From Eubacteriales bacterium (GTDB lineage: Bacteria; Bacillota; Clostridia; Oscillospirales; CAG-272): a stretch of 64,000 nucleotides of DNA. Both the position numbers and the translations under genes were made by a program. Location of the stretch: the NCBI GenBank assembly GCA_045120465.1, contig JBGVEW010000022.1, forward strand, positions 12,782-76,781. Reading direction: 5' to 3'. The first letter of the stretch is position 1; each line of letters starts with the position of its first letter. Positions 37,866 to 47,874 of the stretch are shown in pieces. The notes under the pieces were generated by a model. That model made no database searches. It was not told where the DNA came from and saw only the letters and a program-made list of their open reading frames with translations.

Positions 37866-40274
37866 TTATTTCCAATGCTTGATCTCGTTCCACCAAATCC
37901 CCTCAAATATGGGAAGCAGTTCCTTTGCATCGGGAGAATCGATCTCCAGGAACACGGGGATCTGACCGAGATTTGCCTTGACGGAAACGGTTCTTCCTCC
38001 CTCGACCGTCTCATCGGTGAGCAGGTTTTTCCACTTACCCGCCGGCAAATAGACCTCTCTTTCAAAGGTATTCTCGGTAAGGATCGGTGCGACAAGAAGC
38101 GCATCTCCGAGAAGGAATTCGTCGATGATGTCATATACCTTCGTATCCTTCAGATACTTCAAAACGGGGTGGCGCACAGGAGGCATACCCGTGTCACAGG
38201 CGATTCTCGAATACTTTTGCATATAGGGGATCAGCTCCTTGTGAAGCCCCATAAAGTTGCGGTAGATCGACTGTGCCTCGGGCGTCATTTCATAGGCATG
38301 TCTGACGTCTCCCATGGATTCCACGTTGGTAAAGAACGCGGTAAAGGCAACGCCACGGCAAAAGAGTGCCGATTCGTATTCACGTCCTATGGTATGATAG
38401 TTACAGCCGCGATACGCATAGCCGCTTACGTCAAAGGACATAAAGGGGATTCCCGAAAGTCCCGAGGTAACGACTGCTAACAGCTGGTCATCCAGCTTAT
38501 CGTACTGACGCGCTTGGTCACCTGCCCACATATAGGGAGATCGCTGTGAGCCGATACCGCCACCGCGTGAGAAGACCATAAAGCCGTCCGTTTTTCCTTT
38601 TTCCAGTTTAAAGCGGTTCATTCTCTTATAGAACTCGGAAATAAAGAAGGTAGGATATGCGTGATGCTCTGTTCCGGAAAGCAGCTTTTCCGGTTTTTTC
38701 CAGTGATAGTGCGTAACGGTATTGCCGTAAGGCACATCACCGTCGGGAAGGATCTCGCAAAAATCAATCTTTACACCATCAATGCCGATATCGATCATCT
38801 CGCCCCAGATCTCGTTAAAATACCAGTCCACCGCCTCGTCGTTGGTAATGTCCAGATATCTTGCCGAACGCATCTTACCGTCAGCACCCTTTCCGACGTC
38901 TGGGTTTTCGGCGGTTCCCATTACCCACGGGATATACGTCGTATTGTCAAAACGCTCTACCGTACCGTCGGCATTCTTGACCTCCACGTCCGCATGAACC
39001 CAGTAAGAATCCTTCATGCCGCGCTTATCGGGACGAACACGACCCAGCCCCATATAGACCATTGCGCGCAGACCGTGTGTATGCAACCAACTCACAGCCT
39101 TTTTCAGATCCGCCATTTTTTCCTCGCCGTTTGCCAAAAAGGCAGTGGGCCAGTTTGAGCCTTCCATATTGGCAGCATCCGGCTTAAGATCGGCCTCGAT
39201 ATACTTTGTCATGATGGTCTTGACGCTGCTTCCCAAGGGATTTAATCTACCTCTGGTTTTAAACCATTTGCCCTCGTCGTCCTTGACGTAGGCGAGCGCA
39301 TACGTCCCATCCTCCTTGCGATTGTAAAATCTTACCGCCGCCAAGCAAGCCTCCTCGCTTACCTCCTTGATCGAACGATAACCGTCACCGTCGGAGATGA
39401 AAAGCGTTTCCCAATCGGGATAATCCTTGATGGAATCACAGCAAAGGTCCTTTTCAAAATTGGCAAAATCCGGAGCATAACGGCAGATCTGCACGCCCTG
39501 CATCCAAGGCTTCGGCATATCTGCATGTCCCGAGATCTCGGTGTATCCGCGCAAAACGTCTTTGGGATCCTCCGTCGCATAGAAATAAGCATCCAAAGAC
39601 TTCGCATTCAAAGTGTACGACCATTCATCCGCCACGGTCGCACCGAAATCGGCAAGTCCGATCTCATAACGGTTGATAAACATACCGCCGCCGCGCGTGG
39701 TAAAGAAGAGCGGGATCACCGTATATGAAGTAGAGGAATTATTCCAACCGTCGCAGGTAAAAATTCTGACCTTCCTGCCGCGTTTGTTGGCAACGTCCAG
39801 TCGCTCTCCGCCTCCGTAAACTGCTTCATCAGGCGCAAGGCTTCCCTTGAGAAGATAGGCATCCGCGGTCGTCGAAAGCTCTGTGATCTCGATCTTCAAT
39901 TCACCGCTCGCAGAGTAAAACTGCAAGGACGGCTTATTTTCAAGCGAGATACGGACAGACGAACCGTCTCTCGCCAACAAAAGCACACCGCCCTCACACT
40001 CTGTCACCTGCAAACGCCCGTCGCAATCACGGTTTTCCTCACCAAGATAGCGGGAGAGCAGCTGTGCGCCGCCGATCTCCGAAAATTTTGCAGTACCGGT
40101 TTGGTTGGAACGAATTCTCCATCCCCTGACTCCCTCATTGCTGATGCGGACACCGATCCCGTCGGTGCTTTGGAAATAAAATGCCTTGCTTGTCCAAAAC
40201 GCCGTTTTGATCGCAGACGACGTGGGCAGCTCGACAGAAGTAGCTCCCTTTACAAAAAAACGTTTCTTTTCCAT
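37866..40274 (-). CDS. glycoside hydrolase family 31 (alpha-xylosidase/alpha-glucosidase-like)
   Basis: The GVKIDFCE (nucleophile region) and YMWAGDQ motifs are present. ATG 40274 follows a GGAGG SD. Confidence 0.85.
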   Translation of the reverse strand: MEKKRFFVKGATSVELPTSSAIKTAFWTSKAFYFQSTDGIGVRISNEGVRGWRIRSNQTGTAKFSEIGGAQLLSRYLGEENRDCDGRLQVTECEGGVLLLARDGSSVRISLENKPSLQFYSASGELKIEITELSTTADAYLLKGSLAPDEAVYGGGERLDVANKRGRKVRIFTCDGWNNSSTSYTVIPLFFTTRGGGMFINRYEIGLADFGATVADEWSYTLNAKSLDAYFYATEDPKDVLRGYTEISGHADMPKPWMQGVQICRYAPDFANFEKDLCCDSIKDYPDWETLFISDGDGYRSIKEVSEEACLAAVRFYNRKEDGTYALAYVKDDEGKWFKTRGRLNPLGSSVKTIMTKYIEADLKPDAANMEGSNWPTAFLANGEEKMADLKKAVSWLHTHGLRAMVYMGLGRVRPDKRGMKDSYWVHADVEVKNADGTVERFDNTTYIPWVMGTAENPDVGKGADGKMRSARYLDITNDEAVDWYFNEIWGEMIDIGIDGVKIDFCEILPDGDVPYGNTVTHYHWKKPEKLLSGTEHHAYPTFFISEFYKRMNRFKLEKGKTDGFMVFSRGGGIGSQRSPYMWAGDQARQYDKLDDQLLAVVTSGLSGIPFMSFDVSGYAYRGCNYHTIGREYESALFCRGVAFTAFFTNVESMGDVRHAYEMTPEAQSIYRNFMGLHKELIPYMQKYSRIACDTGMPPVRHPVLKYLKDTKVYDIIDEFLLGDALLVAPILTENTFEREVYLPAGKWKNLLTDETVEGGRTVSVKANLGQIPVFLEIDSPDAKELLPIFEGIWWNEIKHWK

Positions 40275-40343
40275 TGTAAACGCCTCCATAATACAGTTAA
40301 AAAATGAGAGAGTAGCACACTACTCCCTCCCATTTTATCATAT

Positions 40344-40544
40344 TCAATTTTGTTTGTCAACCTTTAAAATTTCAATTTTGACCTTTAAAGCATCCTGCGC
40401 GGAGGCAACGAACACACGGTAGTGAGCGTTGCGATTTTCCGCCTCGTTTGCCGAGATCCATTGCACCGAAAAATCATCACCCGACAGCCGCGCGCGGGAA
40501 AGCGTGCAACGATTGATCAGGTCTGCGTTCCACTGAATATCCAT
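40344..40544 (-). CDS. small hypothetical protein (66 codons)
   Basis: ATG follows a GAGGTGAGAGG SD, upstream of the GH31 gene on the same strand. Confidence 0.35.
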   Translation of the reverse strand: MDIQWNADLINRCTLSRARLSGDDFSVQWISANEAENRNAHYRVFVASAQDALKVKIEILKVDKQN

Positions 40545-40772
40545 CCTCTCACCTCTCTTTTCATCTGTTCTCATTATACATCCTTTTCCACCGTTTTTCA
40601 ATACCATGTCCGATTTTTGCATCATTCAAAAAATTCCGCATCGGAGAGTTCCTTTGAAAGTGACGGTGAATCTCCCGATCCAAAAGATACGTTTGGTATT
40701 GCATTTTAAAAGAAATTCGTGTATAATGGATTCGGACGTATGTTACACACCGATGCGGAAAGGGGGATTCCC

Positions 40773-40928
40773 ATGAAATTGATCGTCATTGGAGATTCCA
40801 TCACGGTCGGCACTTATACGGGAGAAAACGAGTGCTCTCCCAAATCGGTCGTGCACCTCAATCCCGCAGGACACCGCTTATACGCGGAATTCGTGTATGA
40901 GCAAATTCTGAAAGCAAGGAGCTCGGCA
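40773..40928 (+). pseudogene. collapsed SGNH/GDSL hydrolase remnant, in frame with the GH43 gene
   Basis: MKLIVIGDSITVGTY (block I) is joined directly to HLNPAGHRLYAEFV (block V). Blocks II-III are missing. Confidence 0.5.
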
Positions 40929-42371
40929 ATGAAAGAAATTTACCAATATAAGACCTACTGCAATCCGCTCTCCGTTCCCGACATCCCGCGCGGAATCGAC
41001 GGAAAAAACGCCATGGCGTGGAGCGGCGAACAGACGCGCGACTACCGCTCGATCGCCGACCCGAGCGTTCTGTACTTCGAGGGCAAATGGTATCTCTACC
41101 CCAGCTACGGAATCCTTTGGGAATCCGAGGATTTTGTCAATTGGAAGAGCATTCCCTGCACGCCCTACGAAGCCCCCGGCTACAGCCCCGCGCCTCTGGT
41201 GCATAACGGTAAGGTGTGGCTGGCGGTGCATTCCCGTCCGATGTTTGTGGCGGACTCTCCGCGCGGCCCGTTTACCGAGGTGGGCAATCTCGTAAAGCCC
41301 GACGGCACCGAGTTTACCGTTCTTGACCCCGCGCTCTTCAAGGATGACAACGGACGCATCTATCTGTACTGGGCGGATTTTGCGATCAACCCCGCAGGAA
41401 AAAAGGTTCTCGCCACGATGGGAGCGGAGCTTGATCCCGCACGTCCCAATCGCCTCATTACCGAACCGAAATTCCTGTTCGGATTTGACACCGCACATGA
41501 ATGGGAGCGATTCGGCGCGCACAATCAGGACGTCGAAAACGGCTGGTGCGAGGGACAGTGGATCATTAAGAAAAACGGCAGATACTATCTCATCTACTCC
41601 GGCAACGGCACGCAGTTTGAAACCTATGCGCAGGGCGTGTACTATTCCGACGAGGGGCCTCTTTCGGGCTTCACGTATCAAAAAAACAACCCGCTGACCC
41701 AACGCCTCCACGGGCTGGTCAGCGGCGCGGGACACGGTTGCGTGGTAGAGGGACCCAACGACACGCTCTGGGCTTTTTACACCGTGCGCATGTGCGCGGC
41801 ACACGTCTATGAGCGTCGCATCGGCATGGATCGCGTCTATATCGACGAAAACGGTGAATTGTACTGCAAGGGCATTACCGACACGCCGCAATACGCCCCC
41901 GGTGAAGTTCTTGAGGGAGATACGGGGCTGCTTCCCCTGACCTTTCAATTGCGTGGCAGAGTGAGGGCGAGCAGTATGCGCGAGGGGCATGAAAGCTTTT
42001 ACGCGCTGGAGCAGAATCTGAACACGTGGTGGCAGCCTGCGGACAGCGACCCTCTTCCCCAACTGACGGTGCGCCTTGCCGCCAACTACCGCGTATCCGC
42101 TTCCCGCGTCATCTGGCAGGATACGGGCTTGCATTACGACGCGGGCATTGTTCCCGGTCCTATCCAATACAAAATTGAGCTTTTGCAGGGAGAGGATTGG
42201 GTCACCCTGCTTGATTGCTCCGAGAATGACACCGATCTTTTGATCGATTACCGCACCTTCCCGTCGCAGTGCGGCACAGAGGCACGGCTGACCGTCCTCG
42301 GCGCGCCCGACGGCATTCGCCCCGGCGTTATCAGCTTCTCGGTTTTCGGAACGCGCGAAAACCAATCATAA
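40929..42371 (+). CDS. glycoside hydrolase family 43 with C-terminal discoidin (F5/8 type C)-like domain
   Basis: An AAGGAG SD precedes ATG 40929. The GKWYLYPSY and NGRYYLIYSGNG propeller motifs are present. The C-terminal module contains NTWWQP. Confidence 0.75.
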   Translation: MKEIYQYKTYCNPLSVPDIPRGIDGKNAMAWSGEQTRDYRSIADPSVLYFEGKWYLYPSYGILWESEDFVNWKSIPCTPYEAPGYSPAPLVHNGKVWLAVHSRPMFVADSPRGPFTEVGNLVKPDGTEFTVLDPALFKDDNGRIYLYWADFAINPAGKKVLATMGAELDPARPNRLITEPKFLFGFDTAHEWERFGAHNQDVENGWCEGQWIIKKNGRYYLIYSGNGTQFETYAQGVYYSDEGPLSGFTYQKNNPLTQRLHGLVSGAGHGCVVEGPNDTLWAFYTVRMCAAHVYERRIGMDRVYIDENGELYCKGITDTPQYAPGEVLEGDTGLLPLTFQLRGRVRASSMREGHESFYALEQNLNTWWQPADSDPLPQLTVRLAANYRVSASRVIWQDTGLHYDAGIVPGPIQYKIELLQGEDWVTLLDCSENDTDLLIDYRTFPSQCGTEARLTVLGAPDGIRPGVISFSVFGTRENQS

Positions 42372-42382
42372 GGAGAGACAGT

Positions 42383-43108
42383 ATGAAATTCATTGAAAAG
42401 CTTGCAAAAAAGCAAAACAACCTTTACGGAGCTGCCTCCGCAACCATTGCGTTCCTTGGTGACAGCGTCACGCAGGGCTGCTTTGAGATCTATGAATCCG
42501 GCAAAGCCATTGATACGGTATTTGACAACAAAAGCGCGTACAGCACGCGTATAAATGAAATTTTACATATGATGTTCCCCAAGGCGCATATCAACGTCAT
42601 CAATTGTGGCATCAGCGGTGACAACGCTCCCAACGGGCTCTCCCGTCTTGAGCGCGACGTCCTCCCCTTCAAGCCCGACCTCGTCGTGGTCAGCTACGGT
42701 CTCAACGATGCGGGACGGGGAGAGACGGGGCTTGCGGTTTACGTCAACGCATTGGACGGCATCTTCAAGCGCATCACAAACAGCGGCGCAGAATGCATTT
42801 TTATGACCGAAAACACGATGAACACAAACGTCAGCCCGCATATCACCAACGAACGCATCCGCGAGATCGCGGAGCGGATGATGAAAACGCAGAACAGTGG
42901 TATGCTGGAGCGTTACTTTGAGGCGGGAAAGGAAGTTGCGAACGCAAACGGTGTCAAGGTCTGCGATTGCTATACCAAGTGGAAGGCGATGATCGACGCA
43001 GGCGTGAACGTCACCGAGCTGCTCGCCAACAAGATCAATCATCCCATCCGCGAATTCCACTATCTGTTCGCTATCAGCCTTTTGGAGACCATGTTTGAGC
43101 TGAACTGA
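42383..43108 (+). CDS. SGNH/GDSL hydrolase
   Basis: An AAGGAGAG SD. Blocks FLGDSVTQG, GISGDNA, YGLNDA and NHPI are present. Confidence 0.8.
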   Translation: MKFIEKLAKKQNNLYGAASATIAFLGDSVTQGCFEIYESGKAIDTVFDNKSAYSTRINEILHMMFPKAHINVINCGISGDNAPNGLSRLERDVLPFKPDLVVVSYGLNDAGRGETGLAVYVNALDGIFKRITNSGAECIFMTENTMNTNVSPHITNERIREIAERMMKTQNSGMLERYFEAGKEVANANGVKVCDCYTKWKAMIDAGVNVTELLANKINHPIREFHYLFAISLLETMFELN

Positions 43109-43150
43109 TCGAAAAAATCATTCCGTTCGCAATCAAGCCAAAAAAACGGG

Positions 43151-43188
43151 GACACATCATTTTGGAGGTTTTCTCCACATGATGTGTC
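43151..43188. repeat. H palindrome copy 7 (shortened arms)
   Basis: GACACATCAT-TTTGGAGGTTTTCTCCAC-ATGATGTGTC, with an A-run before and a T-run after. It lies between convergent genes. Confidence 0.8.
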
Positions 43189-43193
43189 TTTTT

Positions 43194-43997
43194 TTATTTT
43201 GTTTTTCGATATTGAGAGGGCGTCATTCCTTCCCGCCGCTTGAACATCTTGATAAACTGCGAGGGGGTGGTGTATCCGCATTCGTAGCAAATTTCGAGAA
43301 TCGGGAGCGTGCTTTCCCTCAATAGGCTTTTCGCATGATCGATACGGGTGTCGTTTAACCAAGCCTTGAAGTTTTTTCCCACCTCCTTATGGAACAAACC
43401 GGAAAAATATGACGTACTGAACCCGCAAAGATGCGCAAGAGCCTCCATTGTGTAATTTTGCGACATATCGGAGAGTATGATCGTGATCGCTTTGGCAATC
43501 GGGGGGCTGATATAGGGGTTTTTATCGTCGATTCGTTCGCTGTATTCCAGCACGTCGCACAAAACGGCGTTCAAGGCGTGAAAAAGCTTCTTTTTGCGAT
43601 GGTTAGATGTTCCCACGTAGTCGGCGTAGAGCCTTTCTATGGCGCGGACGGTCTCCTCCGATGGGGAGAACCACGCGCGTGATGAAAACGAAAGCCTTGC
43701 GCGCAGCTCCGCATCAATGAAATTTTCGGAAAAGGAGATGATAAACGAGCCGGCATCTGCGGTGTCAAGAGACTCGATCTTGTGATAATCCTTGGGCGTC
43801 AGGAGGAAAAGGCAACTGTCGGATATTGGATAGATCGCGCCGTTGATGATGCATTTTCCTTGGCATTTTTGATAGAGAATGATTTCAAAATACTCGTGGC
43901 GGTGTGCGATGTAGCTCGTATCTCCGCTTTTTTTACGCACGTGAATATTTCCATCCTCCAGAAGATCACGGGAAAATTTATAGATATTCGTTTTCAA
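43194..43997 (-). CDS. AraC family transcriptional regulator
   Basis: A cupin-like N-terminus and a C-terminal HTH (ECGYTTPSQFIKMFKRREGMTPSQYR). Confidence 0.85.
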   Translation of the reverse strand: MKTNIYKFSRDLLEDGNIHVRKKSGDTSYIAHRHEYFEIILYQKCQGKCIINGAIYPISDSCLFLLTPKDYHKIESLDTADAGSFIISFSENFIDAELRARLSFSSRAWFSPSEETVRAIERLYADYVGTSNHRKKKLFHALNAVLCDVLEYSERIDDKNPYISPPIAKAITIILSDMSQNYTMEALAHLCGFSTSYFSGLFHKEVGKNFKAWLNDTRIDHAKSLLRESTLPILEICYECGYTTPSQFIKMFKRREGMTPSQYRKTK

Positions 43998-44130
43998 AAG
44001 CGTTGCCTTTCTTTCGATATTTTTGTTTATTATAGCATAAAATCAAAAGAAAAGCAAACTATATGCTAAAAAAAGAAAAGAATTTTAATCAAAAAGTATA
44101 GTAAAATATAAAAAAAGGAGGTGGAAGCGT

Positions 44131-46107
44131 ATGAAAAAACAATTTGGATTTGGTGCTGTTCTGAAGCTGACGCGCCATGATACGATGGAAAGCATCGAGG
44201 ATTGCTTTCAAAAAATGAAGGCCTGCGGAATGAACACGGTCGTCGTTTGGCCGGCGGCATTCTATTGGGAGGAAAAAAAGGAGGGATATCCCTTCAATAC
44301 GGGAAAGCAGCTTTTAACGCTTGCCGAAAAATATGATCTTGGGATCATTATGGAGCTGGCGGGGCAGCTTTCGGTGTTCGAGTACATTCCCGATTGGGCA
44401 ATGAAAGAGGAGTATCATCCAATCAAGCTTGGCGGTGAGCGCGAATACGGTCAGGACAGCTTTGGCTTTCTCAATTACTTTCATCCGGAGGTGGAGGAAA
44501 AGATCTGCGAACATTACCGCGCGGCGGCAATGGCGTACCGCGATTTTCCCGCTTTGATCGGATATGATATTTTTAATGAAACGATGTTCCGTTCCTTTGA
44601 CGAATATACGCTGGGCGCGTTCCGTGATTGGCTTCGTGAAAAGTATGGCACGATCGACCGCCTGAACGACGTATGGGAGCGCACCTACTCGAATTGGGAT
44701 CAGATCTCCTTTGAAAAATGGAAATGGATGAGCATTATGCCGGCGGCAGATTATGCAACGTTTCGAAAGGACTCCATCGGGATCTTTCTCAAAAAGTGGA
44801 GGGCGGCGATTGAGGAAATCGATGTATCTCACTTGATCATTGCAGACAACATTCATTCCACGCTCTCCCCCTCTTGCAACTACGCGCGTCCGCAGGACGA
44901 TTTTGGCTTAAAGGAAGCGGTGGGAAGCATCGGAATGTCCTTTTATCCAAAGGGCATGGGCGGAACGATGCCCACAGCGCGCCGTTGGGAGATTTTTGAC
45001 GGTTTTTTTGCGGCATCGCGGCGAGAGGGATTTTTGGTCTCCGAGATGCAAACGCATATTCAATCGCTCTTTAATTATAAAACCTGTGTTCGTCCCTATG
45101 AACTGAAGCAGTGGTGCTATGAGGCATTTGCAGGGGGTGCTAACGGCTTGATCTATTGGATGTGGCGTCCCTTTGACAGCGGCTTGCAAACGCTCGGCCG
45201 CGGACTTGTGGATTACCAAGGAAATCCCACCGAGCGGTACGATGCGGCAAAGAAAATCGGGCAGGCATTATGCTCATTGGGGACGATGAAGCCGTGTGCG
45301 GGACAGGTGGGCGTTTTGTACGATGCCATGAACGATGATTATTCCAGACAGATCGTAAACTCCTACTCGGTGGATGAAAACCTCTATTTGCTTTCTGTCT
45401 TAGGGGCATATCAAGCCATGTTCGACGAGAACGTGACCTGCGATATCGTAACGTGGGAGGAGCTTCACAAATACAAAGCGGTGATCCTTTCCAATCAGAT
45501 CGTGATGGATCAATCCCGCGCGGAGAAGCTTTGTACCTACGTAGAAAACGGAGGAACGGTCATCATCGACGGAAGATTCGGTTTCATCGGAGACACAGCA
45601 AAAGCCTTGCGTCAGCTCCCTGGCGGAGAGGCAAACCGCCTTATGGGGACAGCCTATCTGGATGCAGATTACGAGGGGCTTTCCTTCTCGTACAAGAATG
45701 AGACGATCAGCGGCTACTTCGGGCGCGAGCTGATGAAGGTGACCGACGGAGAGGTATTGGAAACGTTTGCGGACGGTTTTCCTGCTGTGATCAGAAAGAA
45801 ATACGGCAAGGGTACGGTGATCACCTTCCACACGCACGTTTGGTATGGCTATGGCAAGGGCGAGGCACCCTCTCACGGAAGGATCGCTAAAGCTCTGGCA
45901 GACGAATTTTCGCTTCGCACGTTTGCTCTCGAGGGCAACGTAAAGCTGCGCGTATGCGAAAACGGGCGGGAAAAGTATCTGTTCGTTTTCAACTACACCG
46001 ATCGGGAGCAAACCGCCAACATCACCCTGGACGGAAAATCGTTTGAGGTATGTGTTGCCGCAAACGACAGCATCATTTTACGCAAGGACGGATCGCTTTA
46101 TGAGTAA
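44131..46107 (+). CDS. glycoside hydrolase family 42-like beta-galactosidase
   Basis: 658 codons with a GMNTVVVWPAAFYWE start to the barrel and a trimerisation-domain-like VILSNQIVMDQSRAEKLCTYVENGGTVII. Confidence 0.65.
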   Translation: MKKQFGFGAVLKLTRHDTMESIEDCFQKMKACGMNTVVVWPAAFYWEEKKEGYPFNTGKQLLTLAEKYDLGIIMELAGQLSVFEYIPDWAMKEEYHPIKLGGEREYGQDSFGFLNYFHPEVEEKICEHYRAAAMAYRDFPALIGYDIFNETMFRSFDEYTLGAFRDWLREKYGTIDRLNDVWERTYSNWDQISFEKWKWMSIMPAADYATFRKDSIGIFLKKWRAAIEEIDVSHLIIADNIHSTLSPSCNYARPQDDFGLKEAVGSIGMSFYPKGMGGTMPTARRWEIFDGFFAASRREGFLVSEMQTHIQSLFNYKTCVRPYELKQWCYEAFAGGANGLIYWMWRPFDSGLQTLGRGLVDYQGNPTERYDAAKKIGQALCSLGTMKPCAGQVGVLYDAMNDDYSRQIVNSYSVDENLYLLSVLGAYQAMFDENVTCDIVTWEELHKYKAVILSNQIVMDQSRAEKLCTYVENGGTVIIDGRFGFIGDTAKALRQLPGGEANRLMGTAYLDADYEGLSFSYKNETISGYFGRELMKVTDGEVLETFADGFPAVIRKKYGKGTVITFHTHVWYGYGKGEAPSHGRIAKALADEFSLRTFALEGNVKLRVCENGREKYLFVFNYTDREQTANITLDGKSFEVCVAANDSIILRKDGSLYE

Positions 46108-47116
46108 CAAGGTATTCAAACAACTGCCCACGTTTGCACGGCGCACCTATCGCGGCGGAAAGCTGCTGCGGCAATTTTTAAGATTGGAATCCGCCCATGA
46201 CAACAATCTTCCCGAGGATTGGATCTCCTCCTTTACCGAGGCAAAAAACAAGGACGATCTCCCCAACGAGGGGATCACGCGCGTATTGACGGATCGCGGT
46301 GAGTGCTTGATCACCGATGCGGTAACCCCAGCAGAATTTGGCAAAGGACGCAACGCAAGCGGCGTTTTGATCAAGCTTTTGGATGCAGGCGAGCGTCTCG
46401 GAATTCAGGTGCACCCCACCAAGGAATACGCCAAAGTGCATTTTGGCACCCCTTACGGCAAAACGGAATGCTGGTATATCCTCGACACACGCGACGAGAA
46501 TGCCTGCGTGTACTTGGGATTTCAGGAGCACGTGACAAAAGCGTATTTTAAAGAATTGTTTGAACGACAGGACGTTTCCGCAATGCTTGACGCGATGCAT
46601 TGCTTTCGCGTCTCCCGCGGTGACGTGATCCTCGTAACCGCAGGTACCCCGCACGCCATCGGTGCCGGTTGCTTCCTCTTGGAAATTCAAGAGCCGACCG
46701 ACTACACGATGCGTGCCGAAAAGGTAACGGTGGCGGGCGAGGTGCTCACACCGCAGCAGATCCATTACGGTGTAGGAGAAGAGGCAATGCTGGATTGCTT
46801 CTCCTATACGGGAGGCAGCAAAGAAGAAATCAAGCAACGGCATTTTCTGCCTGCACGTGAAAGTACGGACGGATTGCTTGACTTGGTACGATACACGGAT
46901 ACGAGTTGCTTTGCCCTGCGAGAGATCAAGGGCGGCTCGTGTACGCTTTGTCTGCCCTTCTTTCTGACGGTCGTCGTCACCGAGGACGGTGGAACGCTCT
47001 CCTATGAGACAAACACCCTTCCCCTATCGCGCGGAGAAAAATATTTCATCGCCGCAGATACGGAGTTCACTCTGAAAAACGCCACCGCAGTACTTTGCTA
47101 TCCGCCAAAGGGATAA
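46100..47116 (+). CDS. manA: class I mannose-6-phosphate isomerase
   Basis: An 8-nt overlap with the upstream stop. The GIQVHP and TECWYIL motifs and a cupin HAIGAG are present. Confidence 0.7.
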   Translation: MSNKVFKQLPTFARRTYRGGKLLRQFLRLESAHDNNLPEDWISSFTEAKNKDDLPNEGITRVLTDRGECLITDAVTPAEFGKGRNASGVLIKLLDAGERLGIQVHPTKEYAKVHFGTPYGKTECWYILDTRDENACVYLGFQEHVTKAYFKELFERQDVSAMLDAMHCFRVSRGDVILVTAGTPHAIGAGCFLLEIQEPTDYTMRAEKVTVAGEVLTPQQIHYGVGEEAMLDCFSYTGGSKEEIKQRHFLPARESTDGLLDLVRYTDTSCFALREIKGGSCTLCLPFFLTVVVTEDGGTLSYETNTLPLSRGEKYFIAADTEFTLKNATAVLCYPPKG

Positions 47117-47186
47117 CATAAACCGTCGTTTCGAGGCAAACGCAACAAGAGCGGCAAATCCATCGCGGTCACAATATTTTTGGGGC

Positions 47187-47215
47187 TTGACTTACGCCTT
47201 GATTTGCGCTATAAT
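47187..47215 (+). promoter_or_regulatory. SigA-type promoter
   Basis: TTGACT-17 nt-TATAAT, 35 nt upstream of the 47250 start. Confidence 0.45.
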
Positions 47216-47249
47216 GGTAGTATCAGGATGAAACGAAAGGAGATCTGCT

Positions 47250-47855
47250 ATGAATTACTATCAGATCAAAAAGGTTGAAAAAGAAATCGATTGGACTCGC
47301 GTAGAGCCCTTGGAGATCGGATGCAGATATTTTGATACGCCCAAGGATTTGCGCGCATTTGCGCAGATCTGCTACAACGACGAAGGAATTCAGGTACACC
47401 TGTATGCAGAAAACGACGACGTAAGAGCGGTGGAAACGGGTGCGCTGGGCGCTCCCTACGAGGACAGTTGCCTTGAATTCTTCTTTGCCCCCATGGAGGG
47501 CGACGTTCGATATTTTAACATCGAACTCAACTCCAACTGCTGCCTTTACCTCGGTTTTGGCAGAGATCGCGGTGACCGCACCCGTCTGATCAACGACGAG
47601 GGCGACGAGACCCTTGCTCCCCGCGCGTCGCTGACCGAAACGGGCTGGGAGATCTATTACACCGTTCCCTACACGCTCATTCGCAGATTCTTCCCGGATT
47701 TTCAGATCACAAAGGGCAAAACGATGCGCGCAAACTGCTTTAAATGCTCCGATCTGACCGTTCCCGCAAATTATATGTCCTGGAGTCCCGTTACAACCGA
47801 GGACTTTACCTTCCACCGTCACGCTTGCTTTGGAATGATGGAGTTTGAGGGGTAA
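47250..47855 (+). CDS. CBM9-like (DOMON-like) carbohydrate-binding protein
   Basis: 201 codons. The EDSCLEFFFAP and YFNIELN motifs resemble CBM9-like proteins. Assigned by eye. Confidence 0.45.
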   Translation: MNYYQIKKVEKEIDWTRVEPLEIGCRYFDTPKDLRAFAQICYNDEGIQVHLYAENDDVRAVETGALGAPYEDSCLEFFFAPMEGDVRYFNIELNSNCCLYLGFGRDRGDRTRLINDEGDETLAPRASLTETGWEIYYTVPYTLIRRFFPDFQITKGKTMRANCFKCSDLTVPANYMSWSPVTTEDFTFHRHACFGMMEFEG

Positions 47856-47874
47856 TATAAAACAACAATCGCGG

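Noticed and set aside
40878-42365. 495-codon minus-strand ORF. The same reasoning applies to 49909..51243 (+), 29159..30472 (-), 14467..15558 (+), 12786..13808 (-) and 52241..53281 (+).
   Set aside because: All are antisense shadows of genes with clear family motifs. None has a plausible SD/start context.
6703-43188. A classical integron (H palindromes as attC sites, integrase stubs as intI).
   Set aside because: The blocks between palindromes are multi-gene, lie on both strands and carry their own promoters and regulators. The core lacks the GTTRRRY / RYYYAAC consensus. The integrase stubs are too short to show IntI-specific features. Only the architectural analogy is kept as a hypothesis.
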